This document shows positions 38,295-53,200 of a DNA stretch of 64,000 nt, one piece after another; within the stretch, counting starts at the first letter, position 1, and each line of letters begins with the position of its first letter. Origin of the DNA: Mobula hypostoma (lineage: Eukaryota); NCBI RefSeq assembly GCF_963921235.1, contig NC_086097.1:109494001-109558000 (forward strand), given 5' to 3'. The position numbers were made by a program, and so were the translations under genes. The notes beneath the pieces were generated by a model, which saw nothing but the letters and a program-made list of their open reading frames with translations, made no database searches and was not told the origin of the DNA.

Positions 38295-41200
38295 GAGACA
38301 GACCATGGGTTTCAACAACCAGTGACAGACCCAGACCATTGGTTCCAACAACCAGCGATGGACCCAGACCATCAGTTCCTACAACTATAGATGGGCCCAG
38401 GCCGGGGGTTCCTACAACTACAGATGGACCCAGGCCATGGGTTCCTACAACTACAAGTGGACCCAGGCTGTGGGTTCCTACAACTACAGGTGGACCCAGG
38501 CCGTGGGTTCCTACAACTACAGATGGACCCAGGCTATGGGTTCCTAGAACTACAGATGGACCCAGGCCATTGGTTCCTGCAACTACAGATGGACCCAGGC
38601 CATGAGTTCCTACAACTACAGATGGGCCCAGGCATGGGTTCCTACAACTACAGAAGGGCCCAGGCCATGGGTTCCAACAACTACAGATGGACTTAGGCCA
38701 TTAGTTCCTACAACTACAGATGGACCCAGGCCATGGGTTCCTACAACTACAGATGGGCCCAGGCCATGGGTTCATAGAACATAGAACATAGAACATAGAA
38801 TAGTACAGCACAGTACAGACCTTTCGGCCCACAATGTTGCGCCGCCTCGCAAACCCTGCCTCCCATATAAGCCCCTACCTTAAATTCCTCCATATACCTG
38901 TCTAGCAGTCTCTTAAACTTCACTAGTGTATCTGCCTCCACCACTGACTCAGGCAGTGCATTCCACGCACCAACCACTCTCTGAGTAAAAAACCTTCCTC
39001 TAATATCCCCCTTGAACTTCCCACCCCTTACCTTAAAGCCATGTCCTCTTGTATTGAGAAGTGGTGCCCTGGGGAAGAGGCGCTGGCTATCCACTCTATC
39101 TATTCCTCTTATTATCTTGTACACCTCTATCATGTCTCCTCTCAGACTCCTTCTCTCCAAAGAGTAAAGCCTTAGCTCCCTTAATCTCTGATCATAATGC
39201 ATACTGTCTAAACCGGGCAGCATCCTGGTAAATCTACTCTGTACCCTTTCCAATGCTTCCACACCCTTCCTATAGTGAGGCGACCAGAACTGGACACAGT
39301 ACTCCAAGTGTGGCCTGACCAGAGTTTTATAGAGCTGCATCATTACATTGCGACTCTTAAACTCTATCCCTCGACTTATGAAAGCTAACACCCCATAAGC
39401 TTTCTTAACTACCCTAACCACCTGTGAGGCAACTTTCAGGGATCTGTGGACATGTAACCCCAGATCCCTCTGCTCCTCCACACTACCAAGAATCCTGCCA
39501 TTTACTTTGTCCTCTGCCTTGGAGTTTGTCCTTCCAAAGTGTACCACCTCAGACTTCTCTGGGTTAAACTCCATCTGCCACTTCTCAGCCCATTTCTGCA
39601 TCCTATCAATGTCTCTCTGCAATCTTTGACAATCCTCTACACTACCTACAATACCAGCAACTTTGTGTCGTCTGCAAACTTGCCAACCCACCTTCTACCC
39701 CCACATCCATTTCGTTAATAAAAATCACGAAAAGTAGAGGTCCCAGAACAGTTCCTTGTGGGACACCACCAGTCACAATCCTCCAATTTGAATGTACTCC
39801 CTCCACCTTGACCCTCTGCCTTCTGCAGGCAAGACAATTCTGAATCCACCTGGCCAAATTTCCCTGGATCCCATGTCTTCTGACTTTCTGAATAAGCCTA
39901 CTGCGTGGAACCTTGTCAAATGCCTTACTAAAATCCATATAGATCACATCCACTGCACTACTCTCATCTATATGCCTGGTCACCTCCTCAAAGAACTCTA
40001 TCAGGCTTGTTCGACACGATCTGCCCTTCACAAAGCCATGCTGACTGTTCCTGATCAGACCATGATTCTCTAAATGCCCATAGATCCTATCTCTAAGAAT
40101 CTTTTCCAACAGCTTTCCCAGCACAGACGTAAGGTTCACTGGTCTATAATTACCCGGACTATCCCTACTACCTTTTTTGAACAAGGGGACAACATTCGCC
40201 TCCCTCCAATCCTCCGGTACCATTCCCATGGACGAGAACATAAAGATCCTAGCCAGAGGCTCAGCAATCTCTTCCCTCGCCTCGTGGAGCAGCCTGGGGA
40301 ATATTCCGTCAGGCCCCGGGGATTTATCCGTCCTAATGTATTTTAACAACTCCAACACCTCCTCTCGCTTAATATCAACATGTTCCAGAACATCAACCTC
40401 ACTCATATTGTCCTCACCATCATCAAGTTCCCTCTCATTGGTGAATACCGAAGAGAAGTATTCATTGAGGACCTCGCTCACTTGCACAGCCTCCAGGCAC
40501 ATCTTCCCACCTTTATCTCTAATCAGTCCTACCTTCACTCCCATCATCCTTTTTTTCTTCAGATAATTGAAGAATACCTTGAGGTTTTCCTTTACCCTAC
40601 TCGCCAAGGCCTTCTCATGCCCCCTTCTTGCTCTTCTCAGCCCCTTCTTAAGCTTCTTTCTTGCTTCCCTATATTCCTCAATAGACCCATCTGATCCCTA
40701 CTTCCTAAACCTCATGTATGCTGCCTTCTTCCACCTGACGAGATTTTCCACCTCACTTGTCACCCATGATTCCTTCACCCTACCATTCTTTATCTTCCTC
40801 ACTGGGACAAATTTATCCCTAACATCCTGCAAGAAATCTCTAAACATCGACCACATGTCCATAGTACATTTCCCTGCAAAAACATCATCCTAATTCACAC
40901 CCGCAAGTTCTAGCCTTATAGCCTCATAACTTGCACTTCCCCAATTAAAAATTTTCCTGCCCTCTCTGATTCTATCCTTTTCAATGATAATGCTAAAGGC
41001 CAGGGAGCGGTGGTCACTGTCCCCCAGATGCTCACCCACTGAGAGATCTGTGACCTGACCCAGTTCATTACCTAGCACTAGATCTAGTATGGCATTCCCC
41101 CTAGTTGGCCTGTCCACATAATGTGACAGGAATCCGTCCTGGACACACTTAACAAACTCTGCCCCATCCAAACCCTTGGAACTAATCAGGTGCCAATCAA

Positions 41201-44200
41201 TATTAAGGAATCAATATTAGGTCCCTACAACTACAGATGGGCCCAGGCCATGGGTTCCAACAACTACAGATGGACCTAACCATGGGATGCTAGAACTACT
41301 GATGGACCTAGGCCATGGGTTCCTAGAACTACAGATGGACCTAGGCCATGGGTTCCTAGAACTACAGATGGACCCAGGCCATGGGTTCCTACAACTACAG
41401 ATGGGCCCAGGCCATGGGTTCCTACAACTACAGATGGACCTAGGCCATGGGCTCCTGGAACTACAGATGGACCCAGGCAATGGGTTCCAACAAGTACAGA
41501 AGACCTAGGCCATGGGTTCCTAGAACGACAGGTGGGCCCAGGTAATGGGCTCCAACAAGTAAGGTGGACCCAAGCCATGGGTTCCTACAACTACAGATGG
41601 GCCCAGGCTATGGGTTCCTACAGCTACAGATGGGCCCAGGCCATGTGTTCCTACAACTACAGATGGGCTCAGGCCATGGGATCGTTCAATTACAGATGGA
41701 CCCACGCCATGGGTTCCTACAACTACAGATGGACGAATGCCGTAGGTTCCTACAACTATAGATGGGGAAAGGCCATGGGTTCCAACAACTACAGATGGAC
41801 CTAGGCCATGGTTCATACAATTACAGAAGGATCCAGGCCATAGGTTCCTACAATTACAGATGGACCACGGCCATGGGTTCCAACAACTACAGATGGATCC
41901 ATGCCATGGGTTCCTACAACTACAGATGGATGCAGGCCATGGATTCCAACAACTACAGATGGACCTAGGCCATGGGTTCCTACAACTACAGATGGGCCCA
42001 GGCTATGGGTTCCTACAACTACAGATGGGCTCAGGCCATGGGATCGTTCAATTACAGATGGACCCACGCCATGGGTTCCTACAACTACAGATGGATGCAT
42101 GCCGTAGGTTCCTACAACTATAGATGGGCCAAGGCCATGGGATCCAACAACTACAGGTGGACCTAGGCCATGGGTTCCTGGAACTACAGATGGGCCCAGG
42201 CCATGGGTTCCAACAACTACAGATGGATCCATGTCATTGGTTCCTACAACTACAGATGGACCTAGGTCATGGGTTCCTGGAACTACAGATGGACCCAGGC
42301 AATGGGTTCCAACAACTACAGATGGGCCCAGGCCATGTGTTCCTACAACTACAGATGGACGAATGCCGTAGGTTCCTACAACTATAGATGGAGCAAGGCC
42401 ATGGGTTCCAACAACTATAGGGGGACCTAGGCCAGGGGTTCCTGGAACTACAGATGGTCCCAGGCCATGGGTTCCAACAACTACAGATGGACCTAAGCCA
42501 TGGTTCATACAATTACAGATGGATCCAGGCCATAGGTTCCTACAATTACAGATGGACCACGGCCATGGGTTCCAACAACTACAGATGGATCCATGCCATG
42601 GGTTCCTACAACTACAGATGGATGCAGGCCATGGATTCCAACAACTACAGATGGACCTAGACCATGAGTTTCTACAACTACAGATGGACGCAGGCCGTGG
42701 GTTCATTGAACTACAGATGTACCAAGGCCATGTGTTCCTACAACTACAGATGGGCCCAGGCCATGGGTTCCTTCAATTACAGATGGACGCAGGCCGTGGG
42801 TTCCTACAACTACAGATGGATGCATGCCGTAGGTTCCTACAACTATAGATGGGCCAAGGCCATGGGTTCCAACAACTACAGGTGGACCTAGGCCATGGTT
42901 CGTACAATTACAGATGGATCCAGGCCATAGGTTCCTACAACTATAGATGGGCCAAGGCCATGGGTTCCAACAACTACAGATGGATCCATGCCATGGGTTC
43001 CTACAACTACAGATGGATGCAGGCCATGGATTCCAACAACTACAGATGGACCTAGGCCATGGGTTCCTACAACTACAGATGGGCCCAGGCTATGGGTTCC
43101 TACAACTACAGATGGGCCCAGGCCATGTGTTCCTACAACTACAGATGAGCTCAGGCCATGAGATCGTTCAATTACAGATGGACCCACGCCATGGGTTCCT
43201 ACAACTACAGATGGATGCATGCCGTAGGTTCCTACAACTATAGATGGGCCAAGGCCATGGGTTCCAACAACTACAGGTGGACCTAGGCCATGGGTTCCTG
43301 GAACTACAGATGGGCCCAGGCCAAGGGTTCCAACAACTACAGATGGATCCATGCCATGGGTTCCTACAACTACAGATGGACCTAGGTCATGGGTTCCTGG
43401 AACTACAGATGGACCCAGGCAATGGGCTCCAACAACTACAGGTGAACCCAGGCCATGGGTTCCTAGAACGACAGATGGGCCCAGGCAATGGGTTCCAACA
43501 ACTACGGGTGGATCCAGACATGGGTTCCTACAACTACAGATGGGCCCAGGCCATGTGTTCCAACAACTAGAGATGGATGCAGGCCGTGGGTTCATTGAAC
43601 TACAGATGTACCAAGGCCATGTGTTCCTACAAGTACAGATGGGCCCAGGCCATGGGTTCCTTCAATTACAGATGGACGCAGGCTGTGGGTTCATTGAACT
43701 ATAGATGTACCAAGGCCATGGGTTCCTACTACTACAGATGGGCCCAGGCCATAGGTTCCTACAACTACAGATGGACCTAGGCCATGGGTTCCTAGAATTA
43801 CAGACGGGCCCAGTCCATGGGTTCCCAGAACTACAGATGGACCCTGGCAATGGGCTCCAACAACTACAGGTGAACCCAGGCAATGGGTTCCAACAACTAC
43901 AGATGGACCTAGGCCATGGTTCGTACAATTACAGATGGATCCAGGCCATGGGTTCCTAGAACTACAGATGGACCAAGGTCATGGGTTCCAACAACTACAG
44001 ATATATCAAAGCCATGGGTTCCTACAAATACAGATGGACCTAGGTCATGGGTTCCTGGAACTACAGATGGACCCAGGCAATGGGTTCCAACAAGTACAGA
44101 AGACCTTGGCGATGGGTTCCTAGAACTACAGGTCGGCCCAGGCAATGGGCTCCAACAAGTACAGGTGGACCCAGGCCATGAGTTCCTACAATTACAGATG

Positions 44201-47200
44201 GACCTAGGCCATGGTTTCCTAGAACTACAGAGGAGCCCAGGCCATGGTTTCCTAGAACTACAGATGGATGCAGGCCGTGGGTTTCTAGAACTACAGATGG
44301 ATCCAGGTCATGGTTTCCTACAACTGCAGATGGGCCCAGGACATGGGTTCTTACAATTACAGATGGACCAAGGTCATGGGTTCCAACAACTACAGATGTA
44401 TCAAAGTCATGGGTTCCTACAAATACAGATGGACCTAGGCCTTGGGCTACTACAACTACAGATGGGCCCAGGCCATGGGTTCCAACAACTACAGATAGAT
44501 GCAGCCCATGGGTTCCTACAACTACAGATGGATACAGGCCATGGGTTCCTAGAATTACAGACGGGCCCAGTCCATGGGTTCCTACAACTACAGATGGATA
44601 CAGGCCATGGGTTCCTAGAATTACAGACGGGCCCAGTCCATGGGTTCCCAGAACTACAGATGGATCCAGGCAATGGGCTCCAACAACTACAGGTGAACCC
44701 AGGCCATGGGTTCCTAGAACGACAGATGGGCCCAGGCAATGGGTTCAAACAGCTACGGGTGGATCCAGACATGGGTTCCTACAACTACAGATGGGTTCAG
44801 GCCATGAGATCGTTCAATTACAGATGGACCCACGCCATGGGTTCCTACAACTACAGATGGACGTATGCCGTAGGTTCCTACAACTATAGATGGGCCAAGG
44901 CCATGGGTTCCAACAACTACAGGTGGACCTAGGCCATGGGTTCCTGGAACTACAGATGGGCCCAGGCCATGGGTTCCAACAACTACAGATGGATCCATGC
45001 CATGGGTTCCTACAACTACAGATGGATGCAGGCCATGGATTCCAACAACTACAGATGGACCTAGGCCATGGGTTCCTACAACTACAGATGGGCCCAGGCT
45101 ATGGGTTCCTACAACTACAGATGGGCTCAGGCCATGGGATCGTTCAATTACAGATGGACCCACGCCATGGGTTCCTACAACTACAGATGGATGCATGCCG
45201 TAGGTTCCTACAACTATAGATGGGCCAAGGCCATGGGATCCAACAACTACAGGTGGACCTAGGCCATGGGTTCCTGGAACTACAGATGGGCCCAGGCCAT
45301 GGGTTCCAACAACTACAGATGGATCCATGTCATTGGTTCCTACAACTACAGATGGACCTAGGTCATGGGTTCCTGGAACTACAGATGGACCCAGGCAATG
45401 GGTTCCAACAACTACAGATGGACCTAGGCCATGGTTCGTACAATTACAGATGGATCCAGGCCATGGGTTCCTAGAACTACAGATGGACCAAGGTCATGGG
45501 TTCCAACAACTACAGATATATCAAAGCCATGGGTTCCTACAAATACAGATGGACCTAGGTCATGGGTTCCTGGAACTACAGATGGACCCAGGCAATGGGT
45601 TCCAACAAGTACCGAAGACCTTGGCGATGGGTTCCTAGAACTACAGGTCGGCCCAGGCAATGGGCTCCAACAAGTACAGGTGGACCCAGGCCATGGGTTC
45701 CTACAATTACAGATGGACCTAGGCCATGGTTTCCTAGAACTACAGATGGATGCAGGCTGTGGGTTCCTAGAACTACAGATGGATCCAGGTCATGGGTTCC
45801 TACAAATACAGATGGATCAAGGTCATGGTTTCCTACAACTGCAGATGGGCCCAGGACATGGGTTCTTACAATTACAGATGGACCAAGGTCATGGGTTCCA
45901 ACAACTACAGATGTATCAAAGCCATGGGTTCCTACAAATACAGATGGACCTAGGTCATGGGTTCCTGGAACTACAGATGGACCCAGGCAATGGGTTCCAA
46001 CAAGTACAGAAGACCTAGGCGATGGGTTCCTAGAACTACAGGTCGGCCCAGGCAATGGGCTCCAACAAGTACAGGTGGACCCAGGCCATGAGTTCCTACA
46101 ATTACAGATGGACCTAGGCCATGGTTTCCTAGAACTACAGAGGAGCCCAGGCCATGGTTTCCTAGAACTACAGATGGATGCAGGCCGTGGGTTTCTAGAA
46201 CTACAGATGGATCCAGGTCATGGTTTCCTACAACTGCAGATGGGCCCAGGACATGGGTTCTTACAATTACAGATGGACCAAGGTCATGGGTTCCAACAAC
46301 TACAGATGTATCAAAGTCATGGGTTCCTACAAATACAGATGGACCTAGGCCTTGGGCTACTACAACTACAGATGGGCCCAGGCCATGGGTTCCAACAACT
46401 ACAGATAGATGCAGCCCATGGGTTCCTACAACTACAGATGGATACAGGCCATGGGTTCCTAGAATTACAGACGGGCCCAGTCCATGGGTTCCTACAACTA
46501 CAGATGGATACAGGCCATGGGTTCCTAGAATTACAGACGGGCCCAGTCCATGGGTTCCCAGAACTACAGATGGATCCAGGCAATGGGCTCCAACAACTAC
46601 AGGTGAACCCAGGCCATGGGTTCCTAGAACGACAGATGGGCCCAGGCAATGGGTTCAAACAGCTACGGGTGGATCCAGACATGGGTTCCTACAACTACAG
46701 ATGGGTTCAGGCCATGAGATCGTTCAATTACAGATGGACCCACGCCATGGGTTCCTACAACTACAGATGGACGTATGCCGTAGGTTCCTACAACTATAGA
46801 TGGGCCAAGGCCATGGGTTCCAACAACTACAGGTGGACCTAGGCCATGGGTTCCTGGAACTACAGATGGGCCCAGGCCATGGGTTCCAACAACTACAGAT
46901 GGATCCATGCCATGGGTTCCTACAACTACAGATGGATGCAGGCCATGGATTCCAACAACTACAGATGGACCTAGGCCATGGGTTCCTACAACTACAGATG
47001 GGCCCAGGCTATGGGTTCCTACAACTACAGATGGGCTCAGGCCATGGGATCGTTCAATTACAGATGGACCCACGCCATGGGTTCCTACAACTACAGATGG
47101 ATGCATGCCGTAGGTTCCTACAACTATAGATGGGCCAAGGCCATGGGATCCAACAACTACAGGTGGACCTAGGCCATGGGTTCCTGGAACTACAGATGGG

Positions 47201-50200
47201 CCCAGGCCATGGGTTCCAACAACTACAGATGGATCCATGTCATTGGTTCCTACAACTACAGATGGACCTAGGTCATGGGTTCCTGGAACTACAGATGGAC
47301 CCAGGCAATGGGTTCCAACAACTACAGATGGACCTAGGCCATGGTTCGTACAATTACAGATGGATCCAGGCCATAGGTTCCTACAATTACAGATGGTCCA
47401 AGGCCATGGGTTCCAACAACTACAGATGGATGCAGGCCATGGATTCCAACAACTACAGATGGACCTAGGCCATGGGTTCCTAGAACTACAGATGGACCCA
47501 GGCCATGGGTTTCTACAATTACAGATGGATTCAGGCCATGGGTTCCTACAACTACATATGGATGCAGGCCATGGGTTCCAACAACTACAGATGGACCTAG
47601 GTCATGGGTTCCTGGAACTACAGATGGACCCAGGCCATGGGTTCCAACAAGTACAGAAGACCTAGGCCATGGGTTCCTAGAACGACAGGTGGGCACAGGT
47701 AATGGGCTCCAACAAGTATAGGTGGACCCAGGCCATGGGTTCCTACAACTACAGATGGGCCCAGGCCATGTGTTCCTACAACTACAGATGGACGAATGCC
47801 GTAGGTTCCTACAACTATAGATGGGGCAAGGCCATGGGTTCCAACAACTATAGGGGGACCTAGGCCAGGGGTTCCTGGAACTACAGATGGTCCCAGGCCA
47901 TGGGTTCCAACAACTACAGATGGACCTAAGCCATGGTTCATACAATTACAGATGGATCCAGGCCATAGGTTCCTACAATTACAGATGGACCACGGCCATG
48001 GGTTCCAACAACTACAGATGGATCCATGCCATGGGTTCCTACAACTACAGATGGATGCAGGCCATGGATTCCAACAACTACAGATGGACCTAGACCATGA
48101 GTTTCTACAACTACAGATGGACGCAGGGGGTGGGTTCATTGAACTACAGATGTACCAAGGCCATGTGTTCCTACAACTACAGATGGGCCCAGGCCATGGG
48201 TTCCTTCAATTACAGATGGACGCAGGCCGTGGGTTCCTACAACTACAGATGGATGCATGCCGTAGGTTCCTACAACTATAGATGGGCCAAGGCCATGGGT
48301 TCCAACAACTACAGGTGGACCTAGGCCAGGGGTTCCTGGAACTACAGATGGACCCAGGCAATAGGTTCCAACAACTACAGATGGACCTAGGCCATGGTTC
48401 GTACAATTACAGATGGATCCAGGCCATAGGTTCCTACAACTATAGATGGGCCAAGGCCATGGGTTCCAACAACTACAGATGGATCCATGCTATGGGTTCC
48501 TACAACTACAGATGGATGCAGGCCATGGATTCCAACAACTACAGATGGACCTAGGCCATGGGTTCCTACAACTACAGATGGGCCCAGGCTATGGGTTCCT
48601 ACAACTACAGATGGGCCCAGGCCATGTGTTCCTACAACTACAGATGGGCTCAGGCCATGAGATCGTTCAATTACAGATGGACCCACGCCATGGGTTCCTA
48701 CAACTACAGATGGATGCATGCCGTAGGTTCCTACAACTATAGATGGTCCAAGGCCATGGGTTCCAACAACTACAGGTGGACCTAGGCCATGGGTTCCTGG
48801 AACTACAGATGGGCCCAGGCCATGGGTTCCAACAACTACAGATGGATCCATGCCATGGGTTCCTACAACTACAGATGGACCTAGGTCATGGGTTCCTGGA
48901 ACTACAGATGGACCCAGGCAATGGGCTCCAACAACTACAGGTGAACCCAGGCCATGGGTTCCTAGAACGACAGATGGGCCCAGGCAATGGGTTCCAACAA
49001 CTACGGGTGGATCCAGACATGGGTTCCTACAACTACAGATGGGCCCAGGCCATGTGTTCCAACAACTAGAGATGGATGCAGGCCGTGGGTTCATTGAACT
49101 ACAGATGTACCAAGGCCATGTGTTCCTACAAGTACAGATGGGCCCAGGCCATGGGTTCCTTCAATTACAGATGGACGCAGGCTGTGGGTTCATTGAACTA
49201 TAGATGTACCAAGGCCATGGGTTCCTACTACTACAGATGGGCCCAGGCCATAGGTTCCTACAACTACAGATGGACCTAGGCCATGGGTTCCTAGAATTAC
49301 AGACGGGCCCAGTCCATGGGTTCCTAGAACTACAGGTTGGCCCAGGCAATGGGCTCCAACAAGTACAGGTGGACCCAGGCCATGAGTTCCTACAATTACA
49401 GATGGACCTAGGCCATGGTTTCCTAGAACTACAGAGGAGCCCAGGCCATGGTTTCCTAGAACTACAGATGGATGCAGGCCGTGGGTTTCTAGAACTACAG
49501 ATGGATCCAGGTCATGGTTTCCTACAACTGCAGATGGGCCCAGGACATGGGTTCTTACAATTACAGATGGAACAAGGTCATGGGTTCCAACAACTACAGA
49601 TGTATCAAAGTCATGGGTTCCTACAAATACAGATGGACCTAGGCCTTGGGCTACTACAACTATAGATGGGCCCAGGCCATGGGTTCCAACAACTACAGAT
49701 AGATGCAGGCCATGGGTTCCTACAACTACAGATGGATACAGGCCATGGGTTCCTAGAATTACAGACGGGCCCAGTCCATGGGTTCCTACAACTACAGATG
49801 GATACAGGCCATGGGTTCCTAGAATTACAGATGGGCCCAGTCCATGGGTTCCCAGAACTACAGATGGATCCAGGCAATGGGCTCCAACAACTACAGGTGA
49901 ACCCAGGCCATGGGTTCCTAGAACGACAGATGGGCCCAGGCAATGGGTTCAAACAGCTACGGGTGGATCCAGACATGGGTTCCTACAACTACAGATGGGT
50001 TCAGGCCATGAGATCGTTCAATTACAGATGGACCCACGCCATGGGTTCCTACAACTACAGATGGACGTATGCCGTAGGTTCCTACAACTATAGATGGGCC
50101 AAGGCCATGGGTTCCAACAACTACAGGTGGACCTAGGCCATGGGTTCCTGGAACTACAGATGGGCCCAGGCCATGGGTTCCTACAACTACAGATGGACCT

Positions 50201-53200
50201 AGGTAATGGGATCCTGGAACTACAGATGGACCCAGGCAATGGGTTCCAACAACTACAGATGGACCTAGGCCATGGTTCGTACAATTACAGATGGATCCAA
50301 GCCATAGGTTCCTACAATTACAGATGGACCAAGGCCATGGGTTCCAACAACTACAGATGGGCCCAGGCCATGGGTTCCTTCAATTACAGATGGACGCAGG
50401 CCGTGGGTTCATTGAACTACAGATGTACCAAGGCCATGGGTTCCTACTACTACAGATGGGCCCAGGCCATAGGTTCCTACAACTACAGATGGACCTAGGC
50501 CATGGGTTCCTAGAATTACAGACGGGCCCAGTCCATGGGTTCCCAGAACTACAGCTGGACCCAGGCAATGGGCTCCAACAACTACAGGTGAACCCAGGCC
50601 ATGGGTTCCTAGAACGACAGATGGGCCCAGGCAATGGGTTCCAACAACTACAGATGGACCTAGGCCATGGTTCGTACAATTACAGATGGATCCAGGCCAT
50701 GGGTTCCTTGAACTACAGATGGACCAAGGTCATGGGTTCCAACAATTACAGATGGACCTAGGCAATGGTTTCCTAGAACTACAGAGGAGCCCAGGCCATG
50801 GTTTCCTAGAACTACAGATGGATGCAGGTCGTGGGTTCCTAGAACTACAGATGGATCCAGGTCATGGTTTCCTACAACTGCAGATGGGCCCAGGACATGG
50901 GTTCTTACAATTACAGATGGACCAAGGTCATGGGTTCCAACAACTACAGATGTATCAAAGCCATGGGTTCCTACAAATACAGATGGACCTAGGTCATGGG
51001 TTCCTGGAACTACAGATGGACCCAGGCAATGGGTTCCAACAAGTACAGAAGACCTAGGCGATGGGTTCCTAGAGCTACAGGTCGGCCCAGGCAATGGGCT
51101 CCAACAAGTACAGGTGGACCCAGGCCATGGGTTCCTACAATTACAGATGGACCTAGGCCAATGTTTCCTAGAACTACAGAGGAGCCCAGGCCATGGTTTC
51201 CTAGAACTACAGATGGATACAGGCCGTGGGTTCCTAGAACTACAGATGGATCCAGGTCATGGTTTCCTACAACTGCAGATGGGCCCAGGACATGGGTTCT
51301 TACAATTACAGATGGACCAAGGTCATGGGTTCCAACAACTACAGATGTATCAAAGCCATGGGTTCCTACAAATACAGATGGACCTAGGTCATGGGTTCCT
51401 GGAACTACAGATGGACCCAGGCAATGGGTTCCAACAAGTACAGAAGACCTAGGCGATGGGTTCCTAGAACTACAGGTCGGCCCAGGCAATGGGCTCCAAC
51501 AAGTACAGGTGGACCCAGGCCATGAGTTCCTACAATTACAGATGGACCTAGGCCATGGTTTCCTAGAACTACAGAGGAGCCCAGGCCATGGTTTCCTAGA
51601 ACTACAGATGGATGCAGGCCGTGGGTTTCTAGAACTACAGATGGATCCAGGTCATGGTTTCCTACAACTGCAGATGGGCCCAGGACATGGGTTCTTACAA
51701 TTACAGATGGACCAAGGTCATGGGTTCCAACAACTACAGATGTATCAAAGTCATGGGTTCCTACAAATACAGATGGACCTAGGCCTTGGGCTACTACAAC
51801 TACAGATGGGCCCAGGCCATGGGTTCCAACAACTACAGATAGATGCAGCCCATGGGTTCCTACAACTACAGATGGATACAGGCCATGGGTTCCTAGAATT
51901 ACAGATGGGCCCAGTCCATGGGTTCCCAGAACTACAGATGGATCCAGGCAATGGGCTCCAACAACTACAGGTGAACCCAGGCCATGGGTTCCTAGAACGA
52001 CAGATGGGCCCAGGCAATGGGTTCAAACAGCTACGGGTGGATCCAGACATGGGTTCCTACAACTACAGATGGGTTCAGGCCATGAGATCGTTCAATTACA
52101 GATGGACCCACGCCATGGGTTCCTACAACTACAGATGGACGTATGCCGTAGGTTCCTACAACTATAGATGGGCCAAGGCCATGGGTTCCAACAACTACAG
52201 GTGGACCTAGGCCATGGGTTCCTGGAACTACAGATGGGCCCAGGCCATGGGTTCCTACAACTACAGATGGACCTAGGTAATGGGATCCTGGAACTACAGA
52301 TGGACCCAGGCAATGGGTTCCAACAACTACAGATGGACCTAGGCCATGGTTCGTACAATTACAGATGGATCCAAGCCATAGGTTCCTACAATTACAGATG
52401 GACCAAGGCCATGGGTTCCAACAACTACAGATGGGCCCAGGCCATGGGTTCCTTCAATTACAGATGGACGCAGGCCGTGGGTTCATTGAACTACAGATGT
52501 ACCAAGGCCATGGGTTCCTACTACTACAGATGGGCCCAGGCCATAGGTTCCTACAACTACAGATGGACCTAGGCCATGGGTTCCTAGAATTACAGACGGG
52601 CCCAGTCCATGGGTTCCCAGAACTACAGCTGGACCCAGGCAATGGGCTCCAACAACTACAGGTGAACCCAGGCCATGGGTTCCTAGAACGACAGATGGGC
52701 CCAGGCAATGGGTTCCAACAACTACAGATGGACCTAGGCCATGGTTCGTACAATTACAGATGGATCCAGGCCATGGGTTCCTTGAACTACAGATGGACCA
52801 AGGTCATGGGTTCCAACAATTACAGATGGACCTAGGCAATGGTTTCCTAGAACTACAGAGGAGCCCAGGCCATGGTTTCCTAGAACTACAGATGGATGCA
52901 GGTCGTGGGTTCCTAGAACTACAGATGGATCCAGGTCATGGTTTCCTACAACTGCAGATGGGCCCAGGACATGGGTTCTTACAATTACAGATGGACCAAG
53001 GTCATGGGTTCCAACAACTACAGATGTATCAAAGCCATGGGTTCCTACAAATACAGATGGACCTAGGTCATGGGTTCCTGGAACTACAGATGGACCCAGG
53101 CAATGGGTTCCAACAAGTACAGAAGACCTAGGCGATGGGTTCCTAGAGCTACAGGTCGGCCCAGGCAATGGGCTCCAACAAGTACAGGTGGACCCAGGCC

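Noticed and set aside
23028..41220. Apparent bias of CR1 insertions toward the gene's sense strand
   Set aside because: Too few elements to test, and there is a counter-example at about 60440-61120.
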